64,000 bases of DNA from Nitrosopumilaceae archaeon. Its GTDB lineage: Archaea; Thermoproteota; Nitrososphaeria; Nitrososphaerales; Nitrosopumilaceae. A model generated the notes under the pieces. That model was not told where the DNA came from, ran no database searches, and saw only the letters and a program-made list of their open reading frames with translations. The DNA is taken from NCBI GenBank assembly GCA_965208905.1, contig OZ242365.1:800001-864000 (forward strand), read 5' to 3'. The position numbers and the translations under genes were made by a program. Position 1 is the first letter of the stretch. Each line of letters begins with the position of its first letter. Shown here piece after piece: positions 20,804 to 31,763 of this stretch.

Positions 20804-21703
20804 ATGAAATTTTTAAATACAATTAGCACCCTAATATATAGCAAGATGCCTATTGATCTGGGAGATTACAATGATCTAGTTGTTGAACCCATCGAGATAC
20901 GATTTATTCGACCCTCGAAATTTCCTGTCAGATACTCTGCTGATGACACCGTAGAGATGATGTCACTCAAGGAGAGCATAAGACAGCATGGTGTACTACA
21001 ACCCATATTGGTGAGAGCATTAGAACAAGGTTTTGAGATTGTGGCCGGGCATCGACGATTCTCTGCCTGCAGATCACTGCGTCACAGGTTTATACCGTGC
21101 CGCATAGGCGAATTTAGCGATCAGCAGGCATTTGAGATACAACTATCTGAGAACCTACAAAGAAAGAGTATGGACCCATTAGAGGAGGCTGAAGCCTATC
21201 AGAAATATGTAACGGAGTTTGGATGGGGTGGTGTTGCGGACTTGAGTGCGCGTATAGGAAAGAGTGAGGAGTATGTGTCACATAGAATACAGCTGTTACG
21301 GCTTCCAGACAGCGTAAAAAGCCACATCATAGACAAGAGTATGAATGTGAGTCAGGCGCTGGAACTGGTGGGATCTCCCAACTCTGATATGTTTGTCGAT
21401 GATATAGTGAATAATAGACTTACAGTAAAACAGATAAGACATCTAAAGACAGACATCCAAGATCCTGGAACTGTGGCCAAACGTAGACGAGACTCCAAAT
21501 CCAAAGAGTCCAACATAACAAAGAGAGGCATATTTGCACTAAAGATAGCACTCTCTCGGTTTGATGACTTGGTGGAGGCCGCCCATGACACCGACCCTCA
21601 ACAGCGAGCTGCCTTGGTTGCTTTTTTGATGGATATGCGATTAAAAGTCCATTCTATGATAGATGAGACCATACGGTTTGAAAAGAGTCGGCCTAAACGT
21701 TAA
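20804..21703 (+). CDS. ParB/Spo0J-family protein
   Basis: GVLQPILVR, IVAGHRRF.A (GxxRxxA), ENLQR, then HTH; start may be ATG 20846. Confidence 0.88.
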   Translation: MKFLNTISTLIYSKMPIDLGDYNDLVVEPIEIRFIRPSKFPVRYSADDTVEMMSLKESIRQHGVLQPILVRALEQGFEIVAGHRRFSACRSLRHRFIPCRIGEFSDQQAFEIQLSENLQRKSMDPLEEAEAYQKYVTEFGWGGVADLSARIGKSEEYVSHRIQLLRLPDSVKSHIIDKSMNVSQALELVGSPNSDMFVDDIVNNRLTVKQIRHLKTDIQDPGTVAKRRRDSKSKESNITKRGIFALKIALSRFDDLVEAAHDTDPQQRAALVAFLMDMRLKVHSMIDETIRFEKSRPKR

Positions 21704-21707
21704 CAGA

Positions 21708-22259
21708 TTATATGCCCAAAAATGGTGGTGCCCATTCCTGCATAAATTTTCTATATTCGGCCTTTGTATACACTAATGCATACATGGAAGCGTCAGTCTG
21801 CGGGACAAAGTCGTATACCTCATACGTCTGTAGTATGTCTCCAAAGAGATTTCTGAATATATCGTTCTCCTCATATGCTATATCTTTGGTCAGAAACGAT
21901 TTCACAGTTATCCAGTCATAGCCCCCCAAGGTCTTTCCAGAGTATGCAACAAAAGGTGCCTCGTTGAGATACTTTTTAAGACCCTCCAACCTCTTTGGCA
22001 GGGCCTGAGATATTCGAAACGTCATTAAATCTATGTGTACTATTCGTCCAGGTATCTTTTTTGTATCTACAGATATTGTATAACCACGAATTACGCCATC
22101 GGCCTCCATCTGTTTGATGCGAGACTCTATCTCATCCTGACTTATGCTGTACCCAAAGCCCCGCAGATAGTCCCATATGGCAAACGTTCCCTGTCGAGCA
22201 TCTTGACTCAGAGCTGATAATATTACATGATCTGCTCCATCCATAATATGTAATAGCAT
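21708..22259 (-). CDS. Lrp/AsnC-like winged-helix transcriptional regulator
   Basis: ILSALSQDAR...RIKQMEADGVIRGYTISVD. Confidence 0.75.
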   Translation of the reverse strand: MLLHIMDGADHVILSALSQDARQGTFAIWDYLRGFGYSISQDEIESRIKQMEADGVIRGYTISVDTKKIPGRIVHIDLMTFRISQALPKRLEGLKKYLNEAPFVAYSGKTLGGYDWITVKSFLTKDIAYEENDIFRNLFGDILQTYEVYDFVPQTDASMYALVYTKAEYRKFMQEWAPPFLGI

Positions 22260-22809
22260 AACGGTTATTTAATTAATTAACCTCTTGTGGTGTGTAATAT
22301 CTGTTAAATCTCTTAAAATATTATAAAATTACAGTCTATGGGCCTGATTGACCAGAAAGGTACCTCACAGCAATGCTGCATGTGCGACAGCACAAACACA
22401 TGGCTCCACAGCAACAATTCAGGCGCCACAATTGTGGCGTTTTAATGCACGTAGGTGTCAACGTGGCATTCAACATATTATTCATTTTTTATGCAGTGCA
22501 GTGGGGTAGGCGTGTGCAAGCTGTCTATGCACTACAAAACAAGATTGGAATGGTCTTGAGAGGAAAGATACATCTTGGCACTTGCACGCTTCCTCCCAGT
22601 GTTAATGACATCATGGTCGGCACAGGCTGTCCAAAGGTTGGGTGTCAAAACCCGACCAACAAAAGACATCTCAATGGAGCTCCTCTGAATGGCGGCTCAT
22701 CGCCAACATCTGTGGAAACACAGGCTGTTTATCCCTCGGATTTAACACTCAGTTTCATCCCTCAGTAACTTAACAGTTCCCTTATATGAAACAAGGATTA
22801 TACTGTAAC

Positions 22810-23805
22810 ATGGATTATGCACACCCAGAAATTCTTGTAGATACAGACTGGGTGGAAGATAACTGTCTAAAAGAAGGTGTTCGATTAATAGAGGTTAACT
22901 ATCGCCCAGAGAAGGCATACTTGAAGGGCCATATACGAGGCGCGACACTGATTCGATGGGGGGACCTGATCAAAGAAGACAGCTATGTGGACAACGCATT
23001 TGGGCAGACATGGCTACCTGGAATGGACTCGTACGATGATAGCCTTCCTCAGGACATACTGGACAAGAAAGAGTTTGAACAGATGATGTCAAACCACGGT
23101 ATAGATAGAGATACAAAAGTTGTGCTGTACGGAGATCATGGCAACTGGTTTGCTGCCTATGCATTCTGGCTCTTTAAGATATACAATCATCAAGACCTTT
23201 GTCTTATGGACGGGGGTAGAATAAAGTGGGAACTAGAAGGGCGCGAGTATGTTACCGAGGAGGTACAGGTGCAGCCTACCAAATACAAAGTAAAGTCCAA
23301 CAATGAGGGTGACTTTCGTGCATCATTAGATGATGTCTACGACTCTCTTGAAAGTAAAGATGTGACATTGGTCGATATAAGATCTCCTGAAGAATATTCG
23401 GGCAAGACCACATCCAACAAAGATTTGGGATTAGACGAGATGGATAAGAGAGGTCATATACCCGGAGCCGTCAATGTCCCAGCAAGTCAGACAGTTAACA
23501 AGGATGGTACATTCAAGAGTTATGATGAGCTATTGGAGCTGTATAAATCCCATGGAGTGATATCCGATGATGATGTAGTAACGTATTGCCGACTTGGAGA
23601 GAGGGCTGCTCACTCATGGGTCGTTCTTAGGTACCTGTTGGGTTACCCTAACGTGTCCAGCTACGATGGTTCTTGGGGCGAGTGGGGGACTGCCCATGGT
23701 GTACCTATAGTGACATCTGATACGCCAAAATATACAGATTCAAAGAGAGAAGATGATGCACCAAAGAAATCCAAAGGTTGGGGCGGTCGTTTTTGGAACA
23801 AGTAA
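22810..23805 (+). CDS. Thiosulfate/mercaptopyruvate sulfurtransferase (tandem rhodanese)
   Basis: YAHPEILVDTDWV, GHIPGA, YCRLGERA active site, YDGSWGEW. Confidence 0.9.
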   Translation: MDYAHPEILVDTDWVEDNCLKEGVRLIEVNYRPEKAYLKGHIRGATLIRWGDLIKEDSYVDNAFGQTWLPGMDSYDDSLPQDILDKKEFEQMMSNHGIDRDTKVVLYGDHGNWFAAYAFWLFKIYNHQDLCLMDGGRIKWELEGREYVTEEVQVQPTKYKVKSNNEGDFRASLDDVYDSLESKDVTLVDIRSPEEYSGKTTSNKDLGLDEMDKRGHIPGAVNVPASQTVNKDGTFKSYDELLELYKSHGVISDDDVVTYCRLGERAAHSWVVLRYLLGYPNVSSYDGSWGEWGTAHGVPIVTSDTPKYTDSKREDDAPKKSKGWGGRFWNK

Positions 23806-24297
23806 GAAAACACATGCCCAATTATAATGAGCAGGATGTCTAGCAACGTGAGGAATGGCTTTACTGATTGTACAAACAGTACACCACCTAGCAGACACGT
23901 ATTTCAAACTGGCCTATATCATAAAAGAGATTGACCCTGATACGTCAAGTTATATGAGATGCGCAGTCTATACCGACTGACACACATCAATCAACATTGC
24001 GTATCTGCCTAAAGCGGCCCTGTTCATGTCTGGTAAGTTGCGCCGTCTGGAGACTTTGACATTCCACCAGAACTCATTAAGCCGTCCGACTGTCGTATCA
24101 CAACCATATACAATACATGCTGTGGAGCCATGTGATTATTTATAATTCATATGCTCGAACTCTATCAAAGATGAGCGCTCGTTGCAAATATGTCGTACTA
24201 ATTATAATCAAATTTAGAGGATTTTGAAACATTCTTTGTATCTGCGGCAGTCTACAGCGATAACTCTTTTAGGTATGCTAAGCGTAATTTCGAGCTA

Positions 24298-26598
24298 TTG
24301 GAGTTTGTGCTATCACCAACTATCGGATATGTGGTACTCATAGGTGTGGGACTAGCGATGGCGGCCGTTGTTACCATGATGGTCAAGGTTGAGACCAAGT
24401 GGTTGGGAACCCGTAAGACTTCTGAATGGTTCTATACGGCAGGCCGTACCATAAAGACGGGACTCATTGCTGCATCCATAGTTTCAGCTTGGACTTGGGC
24501 AGCCACACTGTTGCAGTCGTCTACTGTAACGTTTGAGTTTGGTATGGCCGGAGCCTTTTGGTATGCCGCCGGAGCCAGCATACAGGTGGTCCTCTTTTCA
24601 ATAATCGCCATAGAGCTGAAACGCAAGGCCCCCATGACCCATACATTTCCCGAGATGATATATGTCCGATACGGGAAACACCCGCACAAAGTATTTCTCT
24701 TCTTTGCATTACTGACTAATACTATAGTTACTGCAATGCTGGTTTTGGGAGGCGCAGCAGTGGTGAACTCCCTGACCGGCGTGGATATTACACTGGCCGC
24801 ATTTCTCTTGCCCGTGGGGATAGTTGCGTATACAGTCTTTGGAGGACTAAAAGCTACATTCTTTGCTGAATATATCAATGCCGGCTTCATATTTGTGGTT
24901 GTTCTGATATTTGTCTTGGCGATATATTTTACTGGCCCGACTATAGGGGGCATACCTGGGATGTACGACAAACTCACTGAGGCGGCATTACTTAACCCTG
25001 TGGAAGGAAACGTTGCAGGCAGCTTTCTCACTTTGGCCTCGGCTGGAGCTTTGGTCTTTGGGATAATAAACATTGTAGGGAATTTTGGAACCGTCTTTGT
25101 GGATCAATCATATTGGCAGAGGGCCATTGCCGCGCGGCCAAAATCAGCTACTGGTGGCTTCATACTGGGCGGTCTGGCGTGGTTTGCAATTCCCTTTGCG
25201 CTGGCCACTACGTTGGGTCTGGCAGCAGTAGCCAGCGGTGTGATATTGACCGAAGATCAGGTGGGTCAGGGCCTTGTGGCACCCACTACTGCATCAGTAC
25301 TGATGGGTGATGTGGGCGCAATCTTGATACTAACAATAATCTTTACGGCCGTCACTGCCGCGGGTTCATCACAACTAGTAAGTGTCTCATCACTGGTGAC
25401 ATATGATGTATACCGGACATACATGAAGCCCTCGGCTACAGGCCGCCAACTCATACGGGTGTCGCGATATACAATACTGTTATTTGGTATGGGCATGGGA
25501 TTGTTGGGGCTAGCATTACTCCATATTGGACTATCGCTCCAGTATGTGTATCTTCTGATGGGCATATTGATAGGCTCTGCGGTTGCACCAATTGCCATGT
25601 CGCTATTGTGGTCTAGAACTGGCCCACATACGGCAATATCTGGAGCCATAGTGGGATTGGTGGCCGGCGTAGCAGTCTGGCTGGCATCAGCATATGCCAT
25701 ACACGGCGAGATCACTGTATTGGCTACAGGAGATACAATTCCAATGCTGGCTGGAAATATATCTTCCATATCTACTAGTCTTGTAATATGCGTGGCTGGC
25801 AGCATGTTGACTCGCAACCGCTTTGACTTTCAGATGCTGCGACAAAAGATTGTTGTACTCGATGAGAAGATGCGCTCCATTATAGATAGGGATGCAGATG
25901 AGAATATGTTACGTCGTGCCTCGACAATATCTAAAAGGATAGGGTTGGCAGCAACAATGACGGTGGTGGTGGTATGGCCGGCGCCTCTGTTTTTAAGCGG
26001 ATATGTCTTTACATTGTCATCATTTACTGTGTGGGTCTGGTTGGCGGCTCTATGGGCGGTGGCCGGCGCCATAGTGGTGATCGTACTGCCACTCTTTGAG
26101 GCTAGACGAAGTATATGGCATGTCATATCTCATACGGACTCTGAAGATCATAATGATGTAATATATGATCAAGACACTGTAATGGGTACGCCTTCAATTA
26201 GTGTTCTTGTACCTATAGATGGTTCAATACAATCTTTACGTGCCATGAGTAAGATGCATAATCTACTTCAGGAGATGGCTGGCGTCAGACTATATCTATT
26301 ATACGTGATAGAGTGGCCCGAGGAGAATAAAGAGACCGATGAAAATATCATGCATCAGATGCAAAAAGAGGGTTACTTGGTACTACAGAGTGTGGTGGTT
26401 CCCAGAGAAGCTGGAGACGTGCACCGTATAGTGAAGGTTGGAGACCCATCTACACGAATAGTCGAGATGGCCGAGAGCCTCCATGTAGATATGATAGCCA
26501 TGGGGCGCCGGGGCCTGGGAGGCACTGATGATACTTTGGGCCATGTCACTCAAAATGTAATCCGGACCACGCGCCAACCGGTCATACTACTGGACTAA
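24298..26598 (+). CDS. DUR3-type urea/solute:sodium symporter fused to a C-terminal universal stress protein domain
   Basis: SAWTWAATLLQS, GNFGTVFVDQSYWQRAIA; C-terminal VLVPIDGS...GDP...IAMGRRG...LGHVTQNV. Confidence 0.85.
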   Translation: MEFVLSPTIGYVVLIGVGLAMAAVVTMMVKVETKWLGTRKTSEWFYTAGRTIKTGLIAASIVSAWTWAATLLQSSTVTFEFGMAGAFWYAAGASIQVVLFSIIAIELKRKAPMTHTFPEMIYVRYGKHPHKVFLFFALLTNTIVTAMLVLGGAAVVNSLTGVDITLAAFLLPVGIVAYTVFGGLKATFFAEYINAGFIFVVVLIFVLAIYFTGPTIGGIPGMYDKLTEAALLNPVEGNVAGSFLTLASAGALVFGIINIVGNFGTVFVDQSYWQRAIAARPKSATGGFILGGLAWFAIPFALATTLGLAAVASGVILTEDQVGQGLVAPTTASVLMGDVGAILILTIIFTAVTAAGSSQLVSVSSLVTYDVYRTYMKPSATGRQLIRVSRYTILLFGMGMGLLGLALLHIGLSLQYVYLLMGILIGSAVAPIAMSLLWSRTGPHTAISGAIVGLVAGVAVWLASAYAIHGEITVLATGDTIPMLAGNISSISTSLVICVAGSMLTRNRFDFQMLRQKIVVLDEKMRSIIDRDADENMLRRASTISKRIGLAATMTVVVVWPAPLFLSGYVFTLSSFTVWVWLAALWAVAGAIVVIVLPLFEARRSIWHVISHTDSEDHNDVIYDQDTVMGTPSISVLVPIDGSIQSLRAMSKMHNLLQEMAGVRLYLLYVIEWPEENKETDENIMHQMQKEGYLVLQSVVVPREAGDVHRIVKVGDPSTRIVEMAESLHVDMIAMGRRGLGGTDDTLGHVTQNVIRTTRQPVILLD

Positions 26599-27406
26599 CT
26601 GCATGATGGCGCACTACACGCACAACACTATACATCATATGTAGGATCGCCTCAGTTTTGTTAGCGAGCATTCGTACTATTATGCCATCTTTACTATGCG
26701 TTATACTGGCACCACATGACACGTCCTTATGATGCAACATTGTGTCATTTATGTCACTGTATACTTTTGGTATTATACTGGCAGGTGCTAGTATGTATAT
26801 GGTGGATACAATGTCGTATGTACCCATTATGCCATATTTAGAGATGCTATTTTGTGTGGGCTCGATCTGAGATGCATCGTACAGCCGCCATGTATCTGTA
26901 TCACTTTTGGCAGATACTGTACTTTTAAACGATGAATATTCGAACATCTCCCCAAAAGCCCGCCGCCCTGAAGACAGTATGTCTGTGTATATTATGGTGG
27001 CCGACGGATGACAGACAATATCGACACTCTGTACATATCTGGAGTTCCTATACGGTATTGTGATGTCTGGCAGAAACTCCAGGTACGAGTCCTGCTCCAA
27101 GGTGATGGATATACTCTGGGTAGCCACCATACCCTGAGTATCATATATGCGCGTGGCTCCCTGAGTGGTCAGGCGGGCACGTGCCTTACCCTTTAATGTT
27201 ATCTGTATGGTGTGATTATCTTTACCAAGAATTCCACCTGAACTACTCATCATGTATAGATGCGCCATATCGTATATTGTGTCATCACAGTGAATGGCTC
27301 TCTGTATGTGGTATGGTGGTTGCACAAACTGTTCTGTAATGGTGGTCTTTCTACCTCCACTTAGCACCAATCGCAGAACCCCCTGCCTCCCTACATGATA
27401 CGTCAT
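26582..27406 (-). CDS. ureD: Urease accessory protein UreD
   Basis: SSGGILGKD, LTTQGATRIY, GRRAFGE; cluster context. Confidence 0.88.
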   Translation of the reverse strand: MTYHVGRQGVLRLVLSGGRKTTITEQFVQPPYHIQRAIHCDDTIYDMAHLYMMSSSGGILGKDNHTIQITLKGKARARLTTQGATRIYDTQGMVATQSISITLEQDSYLEFLPDITIPYRNSRYVQSVDIVCHPSATIIYTDILSSGRRAFGEMFEYSSFKSTVSAKSDTDTWRLYDASQIEPTQNSISKYGIMGTYDIVSTIYILAPASIIPKVYSDINDTMLHHKDVSCGASITHSKDGIIVRMLANKTEAILHMMYSVVRVVRHHAVSPVV

Positions 27407-28056
27407 TGCGTATGCGCCTTTGGTGCCTGATCAAACAGTATATCTGATATGATATGGTCTACTATGCTATCTACACCTGTATTATGTCTACAGTCGGACA
27501 TCAAAAACGGCCTTTGGTCCCTCATGCGCAACGAGTCTTTACTCATGGTCTCTAGATTTGCATCAACGTGTGGGGCCAAATCTATCTTGTTTATCACTAA
27601 AAGATCACAACTCTGTATGCCTAGCCCACCCTTACGGGGATACTTGTCTCCCCCGGCTACATCTATTACATATATGAAGTAGTCCGCCAATACTGGACTA
27701 AAGGTAGTGGTGATGTTGTCTCCACCACTCTCTATAATTATAATGTCCAGCTCAGGATGACTCTGCTCCATCTCCTCTATTACTGCCAGATTCATGGAAG
27801 GGTCTTCGCGAACAGCCGTGTGTGGGCAGCCGCCGGTCGCCAGTCCGACTACTAAATCTTTGGGTATAATGTTCAGATTTGTAGACAGTGTATGTCGAAT
27901 TCTATCTGCATCCTCTTTTGATATGACATCATTTGATATTATGCCCGTCACATAGCCTCGGTCATACAATATGGGAACCATCCGCTCTATCAACAGACTC
28001 TTGCCAGAGCCCACCGGACCTCCAATACCGACCCGGGGAATCCTACTGATCACCAT
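27403..28056 (-). CDS. ureG: Urease accessory GTPase UreG
   Basis: GGPVGSGKS, TGGCPHTAVRED, ESGGDN, INKID. Confidence 0.95.
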   Translation of the reverse strand: MVISRIPRVGIGGPVGSGKSLLIERMVPILYDRGYVTGIISNDVISKEDADRIRHTLSTNLNIIPKDLVVGLATGGCPHTAVREDPSMNLAVIEEMEQSHPELDIIIIESGGDNITTTFSPVLADYFIYVIDVAGGDKYPRKGGLGIQSCDLLVINKIDLAPHVDANLETMSKDSLRMRDQRPFLMSDCRHNTGVDSIVDHIISDILFDQAPKAHTQ

Positions 28057-28070
28057 TTTATACCATCGAA

Positions 28071-28751
28071 TTATGTAATAAACATCTTGGCATCCATACG
28101 CTCATGAGCCATCTGCATTATCTCTGCCTGCGGACAGAACTGCCAGATATCTTTTGATGTATATCCGTACTCTGCGGCCTGTAGTATATTTGGCTGAAGT
28201 GAATACATTATACTTTGAGCCTCTAGATGATGTATCATGCCCAACCTCAGGGCCGCCCCCATACTTGAAGTCACAAAACTGTACGATACGGCCAGCGGCG
28301 CCATCATATGCTCCAGATTCATGGCGCAGCAACATACGCCAATTGCTACAGGATGTGAACCTGAACCTGCATCAGATACATACTGTAGATACCACTTTAA
28401 TGTGTCATTTTGTATAAAGTTGGCCACACATCGCGCCGTCTGTATACCTGACCTCCTATATGCTCTGCGCGACTCTTGTACCGTCTTGATAGCCGTGATC
28501 TTTTGATCTAACAACTCCAGTTCTTTGATGTTGTGTGTGGTGGTATACTTGTACGCTAAAGCGGCAGTCGTACAGTCGGTTGGTCCCACCTGATTCTGTA
28601 AATATGCAGCACAGAACTCTTCTAGGTCTACACCTGACGTTATATCTTTAGCCAAATACATGGACTCTATTCCATTGGACGTACTAAACAGGCCAGCTGG
28701 AAACATGCTGTCGCACAACTGCATCATGTTTAGCATGTTACGCATGGCCAC
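28071..28751 (-). CDS. ureF: Urease accessory protein UreF
   Basis: QLCDSMFPAGLFSTSNGIE, C-terminal HE...KMFIT. Confidence 0.9.
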   Translation of the reverse strand: MAMRNMLNMMQLCDSMFPAGLFSTSNGIESMYLAKDITSGVDLEEFCAAYLQNQVGPTDCTTAALAYKYTTTHNIKELELLDQKITAIKTVQESRRAYRRSGIQTARCVANFIQNDTLKWYLQYVSDAGSGSHPVAIGVCCCAMNLEHMMAPLAVSYSFVTSSMGAALRLGMIHHLEAQSIMYSLQPNILQAAEYGYTSKDIWQFCPQAEIMQMAHERMDAKMFIT

Positions 28752-29199
28752 TCACATTGGCGTTGTTGTGTGGTACAAATACCCGCATCTCAACTGCGAT
28801 GTCATCGATGTCTAGCCTGTTTAATATGCGTCGGAATGTCGCCTCTTCAGATACATCCTGTATGGGGAGTAGTATCTGATTATTTTGTATGTCTATGGGG
28901 CGATGTAGATTTCCCAAGATGTGGCCCAACAGTACGAGTGTGGATGGTGCAACATTACGGGGCATCTGTATGACACATACCAACTCTGGCATCTGTTGTA
29001 TGGTGACGATGTGACCATCGCCTTGCAGTATTATACCATTGTATAAAGTCATGCCGACAGGCAAATCGATACCCATATCGTAACCCTTCTTCGACTGATG
29101 TCTGATGCGACTCTTTTGCATCTGTACCCTGTCTAATGATATGACATCCAAGTTCTTTGTGTTTGTTGTATCATCTAAGATTGTATCTAGCCTTATCAC
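28738..29199 (-). CDS. ureE: Urease accessory protein UreE
   Basis: [16 protein letters not shown]. Confidence 0.85.
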   Translation of the reverse strand: MIRLDTILDDTTNTKNLDVISLDRVQMQKSRIRHQSKKGYDMGIDLPVGMTLYNGIILQGDGHIVTIQQMPELVCVIQMPRNVAPSTLVLLGHILGNLHRPIDIQNNQILLPIQDVSEEATFRRILNRLDIDDIAVEMRVFVPHNNANVSGHA

Positions 29200-29250
29200 A
29201 TCATACAGACACCATTAATGATTATTAAGTACGCAGTATCTTGTAGAGTA
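29200..29250. promoter_or_regulatory. Compact divergent promoter region between ureE and ureA
   Basis: About 50 bp between divergent starts with central AT element ATTAATGATTATTAAG at TATA-like distance from both. Confidence 0.5.
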
Positions 29251-29553
29251 ATGATGCTGACCCCTCGCGAGACAGACAAACTACAGATATTTGTAGTAGC
29301 AGAGCTGGCCCGGAGGCGACAAGGAAGGGGTTTGAAACTGAATAGACCTGAGGCGATAGCCTTGATTGCAGATCATGTACTTGAGGGTGCCCGAGATGGG
29401 CGTTCAGTAGCCGAATTGACCAGCTCAGGTCGTAATGTATTATCAAGTGATGATGTACTGCCTGGTGTTGCAGACCTGATAGATTCAGTACAGGTTGAGG
29501 CTACATTTGATGACGGGACAAAGCTGGTAACGGTGCACAATCCGATACGGTGA
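29251..29553 (+). CDS. ureA: Urease gamma subunit
   Basis: [27 protein letters not shown]. Confidence 0.95.
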   Translation: MMLTPRETDKLQIFVVAELARRRQGRGLKLNRPEAIALIADHVLEGARDGRSVAELTSSGRNVLSSDDVLPGVADLIDSVQVEATFDDGTKLVTVHNPIR

Positions 29554-29556
29554 TGC

Positions 29557-29922
29557 ATGATGATACCTGGAGAGTACTACATATCAGAAGGAACAATACA
29601 AGCCAACGAGGGTATGCCGACCAGAACTATACAGGTAGAGAATACTGGAGATAGGCCCATACAAGTAGGGAGTCACGTACACTTCTTTGAGGCCAATAAG
29701 ATGCTCAAATTTAACCGTCAAGAGTCATACGGATTTCGTCTGGATATACCTTCAGGAACATCCATACGGTTTGAACCCGGCGATGCCAAGACAGTACCAT
29801 TGGTGCAATACGGAGGTAATAAGGTGGTGTATGGTTTTGGAGGATTAGTGAATGGTTCTTTAGAGGAGAGATATGAGGATGCCAAAAGACTGGCTGTTCA
29901 GCGGGGGTATAAGGGGACATGA
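29557..29922 (+). CDS. ureB: Urease beta subunit
   Basis: [24 protein letters not shown]. Confidence 0.95.
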   Translation: MMIPGEYYISEGTIQANEGMPTRTIQVENTGDRPIQVGSHVHFFEANKMLKFNRQESYGFRLDIPSGTSIRFEPGDAKTVPLVQYGGNKVVYGFGGLVNGSLEERYEDAKRLAVQRGYKGT

Positions 29923-31625
29923 CAAGCAGCATACCTCGTCGACGATACGCATCTTTGTATGGACCTACTGTCGGTGATCGTATACGGCTGGCAGATACAA
30001 ATCTAATTATGAAGATTGAAAAAGATCTTGTACGGTATGGAGATGAGGCCGTCTTTGGTGGAGGCAAAAGTATACGAGATGGCATGGGACAGTCCAGTGG
30101 AGTATCTGATACAGATGCTTTGGATTTGGTGATTACAAATACTATAGTGCTAGACCCGATACTTGGTATAGTCAAAGCCGACATTGGTGTAAAGAATGGC
30201 CGTATTGTAGGAGTGGGGAATGCTGGAAACCCTGACACCATGAATGATATAGATATGACCATAGGATCAACTACCGAAGTAATAGCTGGTGAGCACACCA
30301 TATGCACACCAGGCACAATAGACAGCCATGTCCATTACATATCGCCGCAACAGGTGATAGATGCCATATGCTCGGGTATTACCACAATGATTGGTGGAGG
30401 TACAGGACCTGCTGATGGAACCAACGCCACAACCTGCACCCCTGGCAGATGGAACCTACATCGCATGATGGAATCCGCCGAAGAGTTTCCCGTAAATATG
30501 GGATTTCTGTGCAAGGGGAACGATTCACAGATTGATGCCTTGTTGGAGCAAGTAGAGGCAGGTGCTTGTGGCTTGAAACTGCACGAAGACTGGGGTACCA
30601 CACCGGCCACAATAGATGCCGCACTCAAAGTGGCAGATAAGACCGATACTCAGGTGGCAATACATACAGACACATTAAATGAGTGCGGCTATGTGGATGA
30701 TACCATATCTGCCATTGGTGGCCGTACGATTCATACGTACCACACTGAGGGCGCCGGGGGCGGTCATGCTCCAGATATAATGAAGATGGCCGGCGAGAGT
30801 AACGTATTGCCCTCATCCACAAATCCAACACGGCCATTTACAGTAAACACACTTGCCGAGCACCTAGATATGATGATGGTCTGCCACCACCTAAACTCTT
30901 CAGTACCTGAAGATGTATCTTTTGCGGAGTCTCGCATACGGCGGGAGACCATTGCTGCAGAGGATATACTACATGACATGGGCATCATAAGTATGATGTC
31001 ATCAGATAGTCAGGCCATGGGTCGTGTAGGTGAGGTCACACTGCGAAACTGGCAGACGGCAGACTGTATGAAGATCTCTCAAGGCCGCCTAGCTATGGAG
31101 GATGGTGATAACGACAACTTTAGAATCAAAAGGTACCTGGCAAAGATAACAATAAACCCGGCAATTACACATGGCATATCAAAGCATGTGGGCACACTAA
31201 AGCCGGGCAGACTTGCAGACATTGTAATGTGGAGTCCCAAATTCTTTGGCGTGAGGCCAAAGATGATAATCAAGGGCGGCATGATTGCATACTCTATAAT
31301 GGGCGATGCAAACGCATCCATACCCACTACCGAACCCATAATGTATCGGCCCATGTGGGGGGCGCTGGGTACGGCGCGCAACTCGATTGCAGTAACATTC
31401 ACATCCAAAATTGCACTAGAGAAGGGTCAGGTGTCTGGAAATAGGCAGTTTGTAGCTGTCGAAGACTGTCGAAACATAACAAAGCAAGACATGATGTATA
31501 ATGATGCGACCCCGGACATTCAGATAAACCCTGAGACATATGAGGTGCGTGTTGATGGCAGTATAGTGTCTGATGGGGAACCTGCCAGTGTAGTGTCCAT
31601 GTCCCGTCTGTATAATCTGTACTAA
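29919..31625 (+). CDS. ureC: Urease alpha subunit
   Basis: [41 protein letters not shown]. Confidence 0.97.
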   Translation: MTSSIPRRRYASLYGPTVGDRIRLADTNLIMKIEKDLVRYGDEAVFGGGKSIRDGMGQSSGVSDTDALDLVITNTIVLDPILGIVKADIGVKNGRIVGVGNAGNPDTMNDIDMTIGSTTEVIAGEHTICTPGTIDSHVHYISPQQVIDAICSGITTMIGGGTGPADGTNATTCTPGRWNLHRMMESAEEFPVNMGFLCKGNDSQIDALLEQVEAGACGLKLHEDWGTTPATIDAALKVADKTDTQVAIHTDTLNECGYVDDTISAIGGRTIHTYHTEGAGGGHAPDIMKMAGESNVLPSSTNPTRPFTVNTLAEHLDMMMVCHHLNSSVPEDVSFAESRIRRETIAAEDILHDMGIISMMSSDSQAMGRVGEVTLRNWQTADCMKISQGRLAMEDGDNDNFRIKRYLAKITINPAITHGISKHVGTLKPGRLADIVMWSPKFFGVRPKMIIKGGMIAYSIMGDANASIPTTEPIMYRPMWGALGTARNSIAVTFTSKIALEKGQVSGNRQFVAVEDCRNITKQDMMYNDATPDIQINPETYEVRVDGSIVSDGEPASVVSMSRLYNLY

Positions 31626-31763
31626 ATACTGTATATTGTGTGAGTTCGTACTTGCGCACTTTTGTCAATATTGCCGATATCGACAGAACTACATCGTCAA
31701 AAAACAGCTATATAAAGAAAATTATCTGTAAAAGATCTAGTATAACATAACGTAATAGTATGC

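Noticed and set aside
22373-22768. 131-aa ORF as a real gene
   Set aside because: No motif and atypical composition; the region looks more like structured or relic DNA.
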